DNA from: an uncultured bacterium
Lineage (GTDB): Bacteria; Lernaellota; Lernaellaia; Lernaellales; Lernaellaceae
Direction of reading: 5' to 3'
DNA length: 45,161 nt
NCBI GenBank assembly: GCA_964534375.1
Contig: CAZHPN010000025.1
Location: 1 to 45,161 of the forward strand
Shown here: positions 28,474-38,397 of the stretch, piece by piece
Layout: every line of letters starts with the position of its first letter
Position numbering within the stretch: the first letter of the stretch is position 1
Program-made: the position numbers and the translations under genes
Notes under the pieces: generated by a model
The model's input: only the letters and a program-made list of their open reading frames with translations
What the model was told of the DNA's origin: nothing
Databases searched by the model: none

Positions 28474-28623
28474 ATGGCGTTGGCGATGGACCTGATGAAA
28501 AAGGAGAACGCGCCTTCACTCGACCAACTCTTTGGCGGCGCCGGCCGGTTCGGCGTCCGGATCAAGATCTGCGGGATGTCGCGGGACCGGCTGGGCCCCA
28601 AACGCGAAGAGATCATCGCCTAC
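28474..28623 (+). pseudogene. Fragment of a DsrE/DsrF/DrsH-like (DrsE_2) sulfur-relay domain
   Basis: MKKENAPSLDQLF...GVRIKICGMSRDRLGPKREEII resembles the family pattern MKxxNVxSLxxL...GVxxxACxMSMDxMGxxxEEL. The N-terminal half is missing. Confidence 0.55.
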
Positions 28624-28658
28624 GGGAACGATGGGACCCGTTGTCGGCCGGGGCCAAC

Positions 28659-28694
28659 AAAAAAACCCCGCGGGGCCGAAACCCCGCGGGGCGT
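28659..28694 (-). terminator. Rho-independent terminator of porin A
   Basis: CCCCGCGGGG-6nt-CCCCGCGGGG followed by T7 on the minus strand. Confidence 0.85.
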
Positions 28695-28717
28695 GCTGCG
28701 GCTTGAAGAACCGGCGC

Positions 28718-30181
28718 TTAGAAGCTGACTTGCGCTTCGAATTTCAGCGCGTCGTTGCGGATGCCGGTCGATTTGGCGGTGCCCGCCAGATTCAACATTT
28801 CAATGTTGTATTGCGTGCCGTCGGCCGCGGCGCCGCTGTAGCTCTTCCATTGCTGCATATGGTGGATGTAGTCGAGGCGAATCATCGCGTTGTAATACTT
28901 GATGTAGTAGTTGAAGCAGCCCGTGATGTCGGTCAACTGGTCGTTGACGCTGGTCGGACGTTTGGCCGCGTTGTTCAAGGTGTCCGGATCCCACCAGTCA
29001 TAACGGGCGAGCAATTCGATCGGGACCTGGAACACCGGCCCGAAGTTGTAGCCGGCCATCAAGTTGTACGACATCGTTGTGAGCGTGTTGGCGGTCGAGT
29101 CGGCGACGCCGGTCCAGGGGCCCATACGCAGCGGCCCGAAGTTCGCGCTGGCGTCTCGTTTGTCCCACACGTATTGACCGTAGAAGATTTCGCCGATGAC
29201 CGTCCAGCCGTTCGGGCCGAGATAGTCGATGTCGGCGTCGATGAACGTCACCTTCGTGTCGTGTTCGGTCAGGCTGTTGTTCGCGTTTTTCTTGAAGCCG
29301 TCGAGCGGCAGGCCGTACCACAAGCTCGCGCGAATCCGCAGGTCGTCCATGTGCTCTTTGCCCAGGGCGACCAGCGGCTTGCCGATCACGCCGAAGTGAA
29401 TGTCTTTCCCGGTGTTTTCATCGCCCCAGATCGTGGCGACGTTGCCCATCGGGTTGTTGGCGCCTTTCGGCATGTAGCCCCACATGTCCTCGTACACGGG
29501 GAAATACTGGCGGCCGTTGTAGATGCCGAGGTTGGCGGCGAGGTAGATGGTGTTGAGGGCGAAGTTGACGCCGGTTTCACGGTCGCGGTGCACGATGTTC
29601 TGGTCGATCAACGGTTGTTCGATCGTCTTGTAGTACTCGGTCGGGACCGAGTCGAAGTATGTGAACGCCGGCAGCATGCGGCCGAAATAAATGCTGACGT
29701 AGGGAATATAGTGGAAGCCGAGCCGCATGTCGTTGGGCGTGATGGTCGAGATCGTGCCCGTCAGCGCATTGCCGTTTTTGTCGACCGGCTTCGCGCCCGA
29801 CGCGTAGATCGGGTTGACTTCGCCCGCGATCATGTTGAGGTCATAGGTTACGCGTTTGTCGATGATCCAGCCTTTGAAGCCGAGACGGAAGTAATTGACC
29901 GCGAATTCCAGATTCTGGTCCCGTTGTTCCGGCTGCAGAATTTGCGTGTACGTGGGAACTTTCTTTCCATTCACCGTGGTCGTTCCGGTGGTCGGCGTGC
30001 CGACGTTCAGTTCCTGGTTGCCGACGTAGTAGTTCAAACCGGCTTTGAACGAGCCGTCGACGCTGATCTGGCCGACGCTGACGGTCGCCGTGCCGGTTTC
30101 GTCTTTCTTGTCCTCGGCAAACGCGAGCGTCGCCGCGAACAAGACCGCCAGTATGGCGGCTAGAAACAACAGTTTCTTCAT
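28718..30181 (-). CDS. Outer-membrane porin-like protein (OprO/P-like), paralogue A
   Basis: GGAGG RBS, signal peptide, GIYNG, DENTGKD, ELLARYDWWDP and a C-terminal beta-signal FEAQVSF. Confidence 0.75.
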   Translation of the reverse strand: MKKLLFLAAILAVLFAATLAFAEDKKDETGTATVSVGQISVDGSFKAGLNYYVGNQELNVGTPTTGTTTVNGKKVPTYTQILQPEQRDQNLEFAVNYFRLGFKGWIIDKRVTYDLNMIAGEVNPIYASGAKPVDKNGNALTGTISTITPNDMRLGFHYIPYVSIYFGRMLPAFTYFDSVPTEYYKTIEQPLIDQNIVHRDRETGVNFALNTIYLAANLGIYNGRQYFPVYEDMWGYMPKGANNPMGNVATIWGDENTGKDIHFGVIGKPLVALGKEHMDDLRIRASLWYGLPLDGFKKNANNSLTEHDTKVTFIDADIDYLGPNGWTVIGEIFYGQYVWDKRDASANFGPLRMGPWTGVADSTANTLTTMSYNLMAGYNFGPVFQVPIELLARYDWWDPDTLNNAAKRPTSVNDQLTDITGCFNYYIKYYNAMIRLDYIHHMQQWKSYSGAAADGTQYNIEMLNLAGTAKSTGIRNDALKFEAQVSF

Positions 30182-30830
30182 TAGGAAATTCCTCCTTTGG
30201 TTAGCGCTTTGGTTTGTCGCTTCCGGTTGATTTCCTCGCTCCTTTGAATCGCTTCCGCAACGGGCGGAAACGGTTCGCCATTTTCTCAGCAACTAATAAA
30301 TCACTAAAAACTTCCATTTTTTCAAATACTTATGAAAAAAAGTATCGAAAGAAGCTTGCCAGAGACCTGTTAACTAACTGAGTCAAAAGGGTTTTTACAC
30401 GTTTTCTGTGTCGCATGTCAAGCGCAATTGCACTGCAAAATTCGATACGGTTGTCGGAATTCACCTCGGATCGCGAACGCGCAACCTGGGCGCTGGTTGC
30501 ATATTTTTGCCCACTGTGTCCACGAGCCTGAAATATTTAGCCAAAATTGCAGCGCTTATTTCAACAGAAATTTTACGCTTTCCCGGCAACGGCTAGGCAC
30601 TTTGCCTCGTGGGCGCCCCGCAAAATGACACACGACTCTTGCTTTTGGTCTGAGCGCAACTACTGTTTATTCAAATAATAGGGGCGCAGACCCTGTTGCG
30701 GGTGGACGATTGGGTCCGCTGTTTTTCAACATGAAGTTATTGCATTCGGGATTGGCCAGCCGCCGGGGCAAAGCCTCCGGACGACAACGAGGGGAAAGGC
30801 GCCAGCAGTTGGCAGGATAAGGAATTCTTG

Positions 30831-31928
30831 ATGTTGTCGCGGACGAAAATCATCGTGGCGGCGGTTCTGGCGGCCGGCGGGATCGCGGTCGCGCTATTTT
30901 TGCTGACGAGGCGACCGGAAGTCGTTGCCGAGGCGCCGCCGCCGCCAAAGACCGTCGCGGTCGTCAAAGCAGGGCGCGCCGACCTGGTGCGCACGGTGTC
31001 GATCACCGCGGAAATGCGGCCTTGGGAAGAAATCGACGTCCACGCGAAAGTGACGGGCTATCTGAAATCCATCGACGTCGACATCGGCGACCGCGTCCGG
31101 CAAGGGCAGGTGTTTGCGCGGCTCGATGTGCCGGAACTGGACCAGGATCAAAACAAAGCCGCCGCGGATTACCGCGTCGCCAAACTCGATTACGACCGCG
31201 TGCAGGCGGTGCAAAAACGCCAGCCCGGGCTCCTGGCGCAGGTGGATGTCGACAAGGCCGAAGCGGTCTACGGCGTCGCCAAGGCGACGCTCGAGCGGAT
31301 GAAGATTCTCTCGGATTACGCGACGATCAGCGCGCCGTTCGACGGCGTCGTCACCTGGCGCTTCGTCGATCCGGGGGCGTTGATCCAATCCGGCACGGCG
31401 CCCGGCTCGCGCGCCATCCCGATCGTCCATCTTGCCGACATTTTGGTGCTGCGGCTCGATTTCCCCGCGCCGGAATCGATCGTGCCGTTGATGCGCGTCG
31501 GGATGCCGGTCGAAGTGGTCGTCAGCGCCACGCATGAGACGATCCACGCGACGGTCGCGCGGTTGACCGACAAGGTCGATCAGGAAACGCGCACGATGAC
31601 GGTCGAAATCGATCTCGACAACCGCGACCTGCGCCTGAAGCCCGGGATGTACGCGACGGCGACCATCGCGTTGGAAAAGAAGGCGCGCGCGCTCGCGGCG
31701 CCCCTGCAAGCCGTGCTCTTCGGGGACAAACCGACCGTTTGGCTCGTGCATCCCGACGGCGCCGTGGAGCAGCGCGCCGTCACGCTCGGCATCCAAACGC
31801 CCGACTTCGTGGAAATCACCAGCGGCTGCGTCGAAGGCGACCTGTTGGTCGGCGGCAGCCGCGGCGAAATCGCGGCCGGCATGAAGGTGACGCCGAAACT
31901 GATCGACGCGACGCCAACCCCGGGATAG
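30831..31928 (+). CDS. RND efflux periplasmic adaptor (MFP)
   Basis: N-terminal anchor, AKVTGYL..IDVDIGDRV, ISAPFDGVV, VDQETRT and LKPGMY. Confidence 0.93.
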   Translation: MLSRTKIIVAAVLAAGGIAVALFLLTRRPEVVAEAPPPPKTVAVVKAGRADLVRTVSITAEMRPWEEIDVHAKVTGYLKSIDVDIGDRVRQGQVFARLDVPELDQDQNKAAADYRVAKLDYDRVQAVQKRQPGLLAQVDVDKAEAVYGVAKATLERMKILSDYATISAPFDGVVTWRFVDPGALIQSGTAPGSRAIPIVHLADILVLRLDFPAPESIVPLMRVGMPVEVVVSATHETIHATVARLTDKVDQETRTMTVEIDLDNRDLRLKPGMYATATIALEKKARALAAPLQAVLFGDKPTVWLVHPDGAVEQRAVTLGIQTPDFVEITSGCVEGDLLVGGSRGEIAAGMKVTPKLIDATPTPG

Positions 31929-31937
31929 GCCGCGCCC

Positions 31938-34900
31938 ATGTCCCGGTTTGCGCTCAAGTATCCGTATCTGATTATTGTCTGCTGCCTGGTCGTCTGTGTG
32001 CTGGGCGTGAACAGCCTCGTGCGCATGCCGGTCGACCTCTTTCCGGCGATCCGCATTCCCGTCGTCGTCGTCGCGACGTTCTACTCGGGGATGCCGGCCG
32101 AGCAGATGGAAAACGACATCACCGGCCCGTTCGAGCGCTTTTTCACGCTGGGCAGCGGCATCGACCACCTCGAATCGACCTCGTTGCCGGGCGTCAGCCT
32201 GATCAAGATCTACTTCCAGCCGGGTTTTGACGCCGACGCCGCCGTCACCGAAATCGCGAACCTCGCCATGGCCGACCTGCGCCGCCTGCCGCCCGGGACG
32301 CTGCCGCCGGTCGTGTTGAAATTTGATGCGTCGAGCCTGCCCGTCTGCCTGATCACGCTGAAGGCGCCCGGCCTGACCGAGGCGACGTTGCGCGACCTCG
32401 GGCAGTACAACGTACGCAACCAGGTGGCGAACATCCCGGGCGCGTCGGTGCCGCAGCCGTTCGGCGGCAAATACCGGCAGATCATGGTGTACGTCGATCC
32501 GCTGAAACTCGAAGCCTACGGCCTGGGCGTGATGGACATCGTGCACACCGTCAACAAATCGAATCTGATTCTGCCGTCCGGCGACACGAAGATCGGCCGC
32601 TTCGACTACAACCTCTTCACCAACAGCCAGATCGACGTGATCGCCGACATGAACCACGTGCCGCTCAAGAGCGTCGGCCAGAACAACGTGACGATCGCCG
32701 ACGTCGGCCGGGCCATGGATGCAGCGGCGATCCAAACCAACATCGTGCTCGTCGACGGCCAGCCGTCGGTCTATCTGCCGATCATGAAGCAGGGCGGCGA
32801 TTCGAACACGATTTCCATCGTCAACGGCGTGAAGCGCGCCGTGGCGCATTTGACCGACGTGCCGAAAAACCTGATCGCGAAGGTGATTTTCGATCAGTCC
32901 GTGTTCGTGAAAAACGCCATCCACAATCTGACCGACGAGGGCCTGATCGGCCTGGCGCTGACGGGGCTGATGATCTTGCTTTTTCTCGGCAGCCTGCGGG
33001 CGACGGCCGGCACGTTCCTGTCGATTCCGCTCTCGGCGATGGCGACCTTCATCGTGCTGTCGCTGAAGGGCGACACGGTCAACGTCATGATCCTGGGCGG
33101 GCTGGCCCTGATTTTTTCGCGGTTGATCGACAATTCCGTCGTCGTGCTGGAAAACATTTACCGCCATTTGGAGAACGGCGAGTCCCCGGCGATGGCCGCC
33201 GCGACGGGCGGGGGCGAGATGAATCTGCCGGTCCTCGCCGCGACCCTCAGCGACATCTCGCTCGCCTATTTCTCCGTCACGTTCCTCTACGGCGTCAGTA
33301 AATATTTGTTTACAGCGCTGGCGCTGGCCATGCTGCTGGCGCTTTTCGGGTCGTATTTCGTGGCGATGACCGTCATGCCGCTGTTCTGCGAGAAGTTTCT
33401 CCGCCGCCCCGTTCACCACGCCGAAGGGGCCGGGGCGGCGGCGGCCGGGCCGGCCGGCCGCGAGTCGCTTTTCGCCCGCTTCAATCGCGGCTTCAACCGC
33501 CGCTTCGAGGGCTTTCTGGGCCGCTACGACCGCTGGGTGCGCCGGCTGCTCGCGCGGCCGTGGCTGTCGCTCGTGCTGTTGTCGGCGCTGTGCCTGGTGT
33601 TCCTGGCGGCGGCGCCGTGGGTCGGCGTCGCCTATTTTCCGCGCACGGACCCCGGGCAGTTCGTCGTCAACGTGAAGGCGGCGACCGGCACGCGCGTCGA
33701 AGAAACGGCGGCGCAGGTCGCCCGGGTCGAGGCGACGATCCGCCGGATCGTCGCCCCGGGCGACCTCGACGTGATCGCGTCGAACATCGGCGTCACGCCG
33801 GATTTCTCGGCGATCTACACCAGCAACACGGGCACGCACATGGCCTTCGTGCAGGTGAACTTGAAGGAAGGCCACCGCATCGGCAGTTACGAATACATGA
33901 ATCGCGTGCGCCAGGCGTTGGCGGAGGACCAGCCGCAACTCACGATCTACTTCCAGACCGGCGGCCTGGTCGACGCCGTGGTCAACATGGGGTTGCCCGC
34001 GCCGATCGACATTCAGGTCGCCGGCGACGATCTGGAGCAAACCGACAAGCTGGCCTTGTCGCTGGCGCGCCGCATCCGGACCATGCCGGGCGTCGGCGAC
34101 GTCTTCATTCCGCAGGACGTCGACGCGCCGTCGCTCACCATCAACATCAACCGGACGCACGCCAGCGAACTGGGCTTGTCGCAAAAGCAGGTGGTGGACG
34201 CGATCATTACGGCGTTGACCTCCAACCAGATGATCGCGCCCAGCTACTGGGTCGACCCGCGCAACGGCAACGATTACATGCTCACCGTGCAGTACCCGGA
34301 AGGCGTCGTGAAATCGCTGGAAGACCTGAAGGCCATTCCGGTCCGGGCGCCGGGGCGGCGCGACACGGTGCGGCTCGACGCCGTGGCCGACATCCGGCGG
34401 ACGCTGGCGCCGACGGTCGTCAATCATTATCAGTTGAAGCGGATCATCGACATTTACGTGGCGCCAAAGGGCGAAGCGCTCGGCGGCGTCTTGTCGCGCG
34501 TCAACGCCCTGCTCGCCGGGACGCCGACGCCGGAAAACATGAACATCACGTTGCGCGGCGCGGTGCAGGCCATGCACACCTCGTTTCTCAGGTTCGGCGC
34601 GGGGCTGCTGATGTCGGTGGCGCTGATTTACCTGATTCTGGTCGCGCAGTTCCGCTCGTTCGTCGATCCGTTCATCATTCTGCTGGCCGTGCCGCCGGGC
34701 ATCGCCGGCGCGGTCGACATCCTCGCGGCGACGGGCACCACGCTCAACGTGATGTCGCTGATGGGCGCCAACCTGCTGGTCGGCATCGCCGTCTCCAACA
34801 GCATCCTGATCGTCGAGTTTGCGCACCGGCTGCGCGAAGCGGGCCACTCGGCGAGCGAGGCCGTGGCGCTGGCCTGCCGCGTCCGCCTGCGGCCGATTTT

Positions 34901-35123
34901 GATGACGTCGTTGGCCACGGTCATCGGCCTGATTCCGATGGCGCTCGCGCTCGGCGCCGGCAGTGAAACTTACGCCTCGCTGGCGCGCGTGGTCATCGGC
35001 GGGCTGACCGTGTCGGTGGCGATGACCGTGTTCATCGTGCCCGTGGCCTACTTGTTGATCTACCGGCGCGCCCCGTCGGGGAAACCCGCGCCGCTGCCGC
35101 TGACCGCGGAGCCGCAGACATGA
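31938..35123 (+). CDS. RND efflux permease subunit, copy 1
   Basis: 1061 aa. PVDLFP, LIDNSVVVLENIYRH, AQFRSF.DP, VSNSILIVE and RLRPILMT. Confidence 0.95.
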   Translation: MSRFALKYPYLIIVCCLVVCVLGVNSLVRMPVDLFPAIRIPVVVVATFYSGMPAEQMENDITGPFERFFTLGSGIDHLESTSLPGVSLIKIYFQPGFDADAAVTEIANLAMADLRRLPPGTLPPVVLKFDASSLPVCLITLKAPGLTEATLRDLGQYNVRNQVANIPGASVPQPFGGKYRQIMVYVDPLKLEAYGLGVMDIVHTVNKSNLILPSGDTKIGRFDYNLFTNSQIDVIADMNHVPLKSVGQNNVTIADVGRAMDAAAIQTNIVLVDGQPSVYLPIMKQGGDSNTISIVNGVKRAVAHLTDVPKNLIAKVIFDQSVFVKNAIHNLTDEGLIGLALTGLMILLFLGSLRATAGTFLSIPLSAMATFIVLSLKGDTVNVMILGGLALIFSRLIDNSVVVLENIYRHLENGESPAMAAATGGGEMNLPVLAATLSDISLAYFSVTFLYGVSKYLFTALALAMLLALFGSYFVAMTVMPLFCEKFLRRPVHHAEGAGAAAAGPAGRESLFARFNRGFNRRFEGFLGRYDRWVRRLLARPWLSLVLLSALCLVFLAAAPWVGVAYFPRTDPGQFVVNVKAATGTRVEETAAQVARVEATIRRIVAPGDLDVIASNIGVTPDFSAIYTSNTGTHMAFVQVNLKEGHRIGSYEYMNRVRQALAEDQPQLTIYFQTGGLVDAVVNMGLPAPIDIQVAGDDLEQTDKLALSLARRIRTMPGVGDVFIPQDVDAPSLTININRTHASELGLSQKQVVDAIITALTSNQMIAPSYWVDPRNGNDYMLTVQYPEGVVKSLEDLKAIPVRAPGRRDTVRLDAVADIRRTLAPTVVNHYQLKRIIDIYVAPKGEALGGVLSRVNALLAGTPTPENMNITLRGAVQAMHTSFLRFGAGLLMSVALIYLILVAQFRSFVDPFIILLAVPPGIAGAVDILAATGTTLNVMSLMGANLLVGIAVSNSILIVEFAHRLREAGHSASEAVALACRVRLRPILMTSLATVIGLIPMALALGAGSETYASLARVVIGGLTVSVAMTVFIVPVAYLLIYRRAPSGKPAPLPLTAEPQT

Positions 35124-35214
35124 AAAACGTGCGACGCCGGCTGCTGTCCCGACAGATCGCCAACGCGGCGTCGAAACGCGTCGACGGGAACCCGAACCGG
35201 AGGTGCGAGCCCTA

Positions 35215-38200
35215 ATGTCCCGGTTTGCTCTCAAGTATCCGTATCTGATTATTGTCTGCTGCCTGGTCGTCTGCATCATCGGCGTGACCAGCCTGCTGCG
35301 CATGCCGGTCGACCTGTTTCCGGCGATCCGCATTCCGGTCGTCGTCGTCGCCACGTTCTACTCGGGCATGCCGGCCGAGGAGATGGAGAACGACATCACC
35401 GGCCCGTTCGAGCGCTTCTTTACGCTGGGCAGCGGCATCGACCACCTCGAATCGAAGTCGCTGCCCGGGGTCAGCCTGATCAAGATCTACTTCCAGCCCG
35501 GTTTCGACGCGGACGCCGCCGTCACCGAAATCGCCAACCTCGCCATGGCCGACCTGCGCCGCCTGCCGCCCGGGACGCTGCCGCCGGTCGTGCTGAAGTT
35601 CGACGCTTCGAGTCTGCCGGTTTGCCTGATCACGTTGAAGGCGCCGGGCCTGACCGAGGCCGTGTTGCGCGACCTCGGCCAGTACAACGTGCGCAACCAG
35701 GTCGCGAACATCCCCGGCGCGTCGGTGCCGCAGCCGTTCGGCGGGCGGTACCGGCAGATCATGGTGTACGTCGATCCGTTGAAGCTCGAAGCCTACCAGC
35801 TCAGCGTGATGGACGTGGTGCGCACGGTCAACGACGCCAATCTGATTTTGCCGTCGGGCGACATCAAAATCGGCAGCTTCGATTACAACTTGTTCACGAA
35901 CAGCCAGATCGACATCGTCGCCGACATGAACGACGTGCCGCTCAAGAGCGTCGGCCAGAACAATGTGCTGATTTCCGACGTCGGGCGGGTGAAAGACGCG
36001 TCGGCGATCCAGACCAACGTAGTGCTGGTGGACGGCCAGCCGTCGGTCTATCTGCCGATCATGAAGCAAGGCGGCGACTCGAACACGATCGCCATCGTCA
36101 ACGGCGTGAAGGACGCGGTGGCGCACTTGACCGATGTGCCGAAGAGCCTGGTGGCGAAAGTGATTTTCGACCAGTCGGTGTTCGTGAAAAACGCCATCCA
36201 CAACCTCACCGACGAAGGCCTGATCGGCCTGGGGCTGACGGGGCTGATGATCCTGCTGTTTTTGGGCAGCCTGCGCGCCACGACCGGCACGTTCTTGTCG
36301 ATTCCGCTCTCGGCGATGGCGACCTTCATTGTGCTGGCGATCATGGGGAGCACGGTCAACGTCATGATCCTCGGCGGGCTCGCTCTCGTTTTTTCGCGCT
36401 TGATCGATAATTCCGTCGTCGTGCTGGAAAACATTTACCGCCATTTGGAGAACGGCGAGGCGCCGGCGCTGGCGGCCGAGACGGGCGGCGGCGAGGTGAC
36501 GTTGCCGGTGCTCGCGGCGACGCTGACGACCGCCATTGCCTTTTTTCCGGTCACGTTTCTCTACGGCGTCAGCAAATATCTGTTCACGGCGCTGGCCCTG
36601 GCCGTGGTGCTGGCGCTGTTCGCGTCCTATTTCGTGGCGATGACCGTCATGCCGCTGTTCTGCGCGCGATTTCTCCACCACCAACTCCCCACGCGCGTCG
36701 GCGGCGCCGAGGACGCCGCCGAGACCTTCCAGGCGGTGTCGCTTTTCGGCCGCTTCAATCTCTGGTTCAACCGCCGGTTCGAGGGCTTTCTCAGCCGGTA
36801 CGACCGCTGGGTGCGCCGGCTGCTGGCGCGGCCCGCGCTGGCGCTCGCGCTGCTGCTGGCGCTGTGCGGCGCGCTGCTGGCGGCCGCGCCGTTGGTCGGC
36901 GTGGCGTATTTTCCGCGCACGGACCCCGGGCAGTTCGTGATCAACGTGAAGGCGGCGACGGGCACGCGCGTCGAGGAGACGACGGCGGAAATCGCCAAGG
37001 TGGAGGCGACGGTCCGCCGGATCGTCGCGCCCGGCGATCTGGACGTGATCGCCTCGAACATCGGCGTCACGCCGGATTTTTCGGCGATCTACACCAGCAA
37101 CTCGGGCACGCACATGGCCTTTGTGCAGGTGAATCTGAAGGAAGGCCACCGCTTCGGCAGTTACGACTACATGAATCGCGTGCGCCGGGCGCTCGCCGCC
37201 GAACAGCCGCAACTGACGACCTATTTCCAGACCGGCGGTCTGGTCGACGCCGTGCTCAACATGGGTTTGCCCGCGCCGATCGACATCCAGGTCAGCGGCG
37301 ACGACTTGAACCAGACCGCTGGCTTGGCGTTGTCGCTGGCCCGCCGGATCCGCGCGATGCCCGGCGTCGGCGACGTGTTCATTCCGCAGGATGTCGACGC
37401 GCCGTCGCTGACCATCGACGTCAACCGGACGTACGCCAGTGAGTTGGGGTTGTCGCAGCAGGAGGTGGTCGACAACATCATCACCGCGCTGACGTCGAAC
37501 CAGATGATCGCGCCCAGCTACTGGGTCGACCCGCGCAACGGCAACGATTACATGCTCACCGTGCAATACCCGGAAGACATCGTCCAGTCGGTCGAGGACC
37601 TGAAGGCGATTCCGATCCGCGCGGCGTCGCAATCCGCCACGGTGCGGCTCGACGCGGTGGCGAACATCCGGCGGACGCTGGCGCCGACGGTCGTCAACCA
37701 TTACCAACTGAAGCGGATCATCGACATCTACGTGGCGCCGGAAAAAGAAGCGCTGGGCGGCGTGGCCGCGCGCATCAACGCGCTCATCGCCGGCGCGGAA
37801 ACGCCGGAAAACATGACCGTCACCCTGCGCGGCGCGGTGGAGGCGATGCACACGTCGTTCGTCAGCTTCGCCGCGGGGCTGCTGATGTCGCTGGTGCTGA
37901 TTTACCTGATCCTGGTGGCGCAGTTCCGCTCGTTCGTCGATCCGTTCATCATTTTGCTGGCCGTGCCGCCGGGCATCGCGGGCGCGGTGGACATGCTGGT
38001 CGCGACGGGCACCACGCTCAACGTCATGTCGCTGATGGGCACGGTCATGCTGGTCGGCATCGCTGTTTCCAACAGCATCCTGATCGTCGAGTTCGCGCAC
38101 CGCCTGCGCGCAGAGGGCCGGTCGGCGAGCGAAGCGGTGGCGCAGTCCTGCCGCGTTCGCCTGCGGCCGATCCTGATGACCTCGCTGGCCACGGTCATCG

Positions 38201-38397
38201 GCCTGATTCCGATGGCGCTCGCCCTCGGCGCCGGCAGCGAAACCTATGCGTCGTTGGCGCGCGTCGTCATCGGCGGGCTGACCGTGTCGGTGGCGGTGAC
38301 CGTGTTCATCGTGCCGGCGGCCTATTTGCTGGTCTACCGGCGCGGCCCGTCCGCGAAACCCGAGACGCCGCCGACTGGCGCGGAGCAACCAACATGA
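35215..38397 (+). CDS. RND efflux permease subunit, copy 2
   Basis: Same motifs as copy 1 and the same N-terminus MSRFALKYPYLIIVCC. Its stop overlaps the TolC start (ATGA). Confidence 0.95.
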   Translation: MSRFALKYPYLIIVCCLVVCIIGVTSLLRMPVDLFPAIRIPVVVVATFYSGMPAEEMENDITGPFERFFTLGSGIDHLESKSLPGVSLIKIYFQPGFDADAAVTEIANLAMADLRRLPPGTLPPVVLKFDASSLPVCLITLKAPGLTEAVLRDLGQYNVRNQVANIPGASVPQPFGGRYRQIMVYVDPLKLEAYQLSVMDVVRTVNDANLILPSGDIKIGSFDYNLFTNSQIDIVADMNDVPLKSVGQNNVLISDVGRVKDASAIQTNVVLVDGQPSVYLPIMKQGGDSNTIAIVNGVKDAVAHLTDVPKSLVAKVIFDQSVFVKNAIHNLTDEGLIGLGLTGLMILLFLGSLRATTGTFLSIPLSAMATFIVLAIMGSTVNVMILGGLALVFSRLIDNSVVVLENIYRHLENGEAPALAAETGGGEVTLPVLAATLTTAIAFFPVTFLYGVSKYLFTALALAVVLALFASYFVAMTVMPLFCARFLHHQLPTRVGGAEDAAETFQAVSLFGRFNLWFNRRFEGFLSRYDRWVRRLLARPALALALLLALCGALLAAAPLVGVAYFPRTDPGQFVINVKAATGTRVEETTAEIAKVEATVRRIVAPGDLDVIASNIGVTPDFSAIYTSNSGTHMAFVQVNLKEGHRFGSYDYMNRVRRALAAEQPQLTTYFQTGGLVDAVLNMGLPAPIDIQVSGDDLNQTAGLALSLARRIRAMPGVGDVFIPQDVDAPSLTIDVNRTYASELGLSQQEVVDNIITALTSNQMIAPSYWVDPRNGNDYMLTVQYPEDIVQSVEDLKAIPIRAASQSATVRLDAVANIRRTLAPTVVNHYQLKRIIDIYVAPEKEALGGVAARINALIAGAETPENMTVTLRGAVEAMHTSFVSFAAGLLMSLVLIYLILVAQFRSFVDPFIILLAVPPGIAGAVDMLVATGTTLNVMSLMGTVMLVGIAVSNSILIVEFAHRLRAEGRSASEAVAQSCRVRLRPILMTSLATVIGLIPMALALGAGSETYASLARVVIGGLTVSVAVTVFIVPAAYLLVYRRGPSAKPETPPTGAEQPT

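Noticed and set aside
30894..38388. 1486-aa and 1058-aa minus-strand ORFs
   Set aside because: Antisense shadows of the RND operon.
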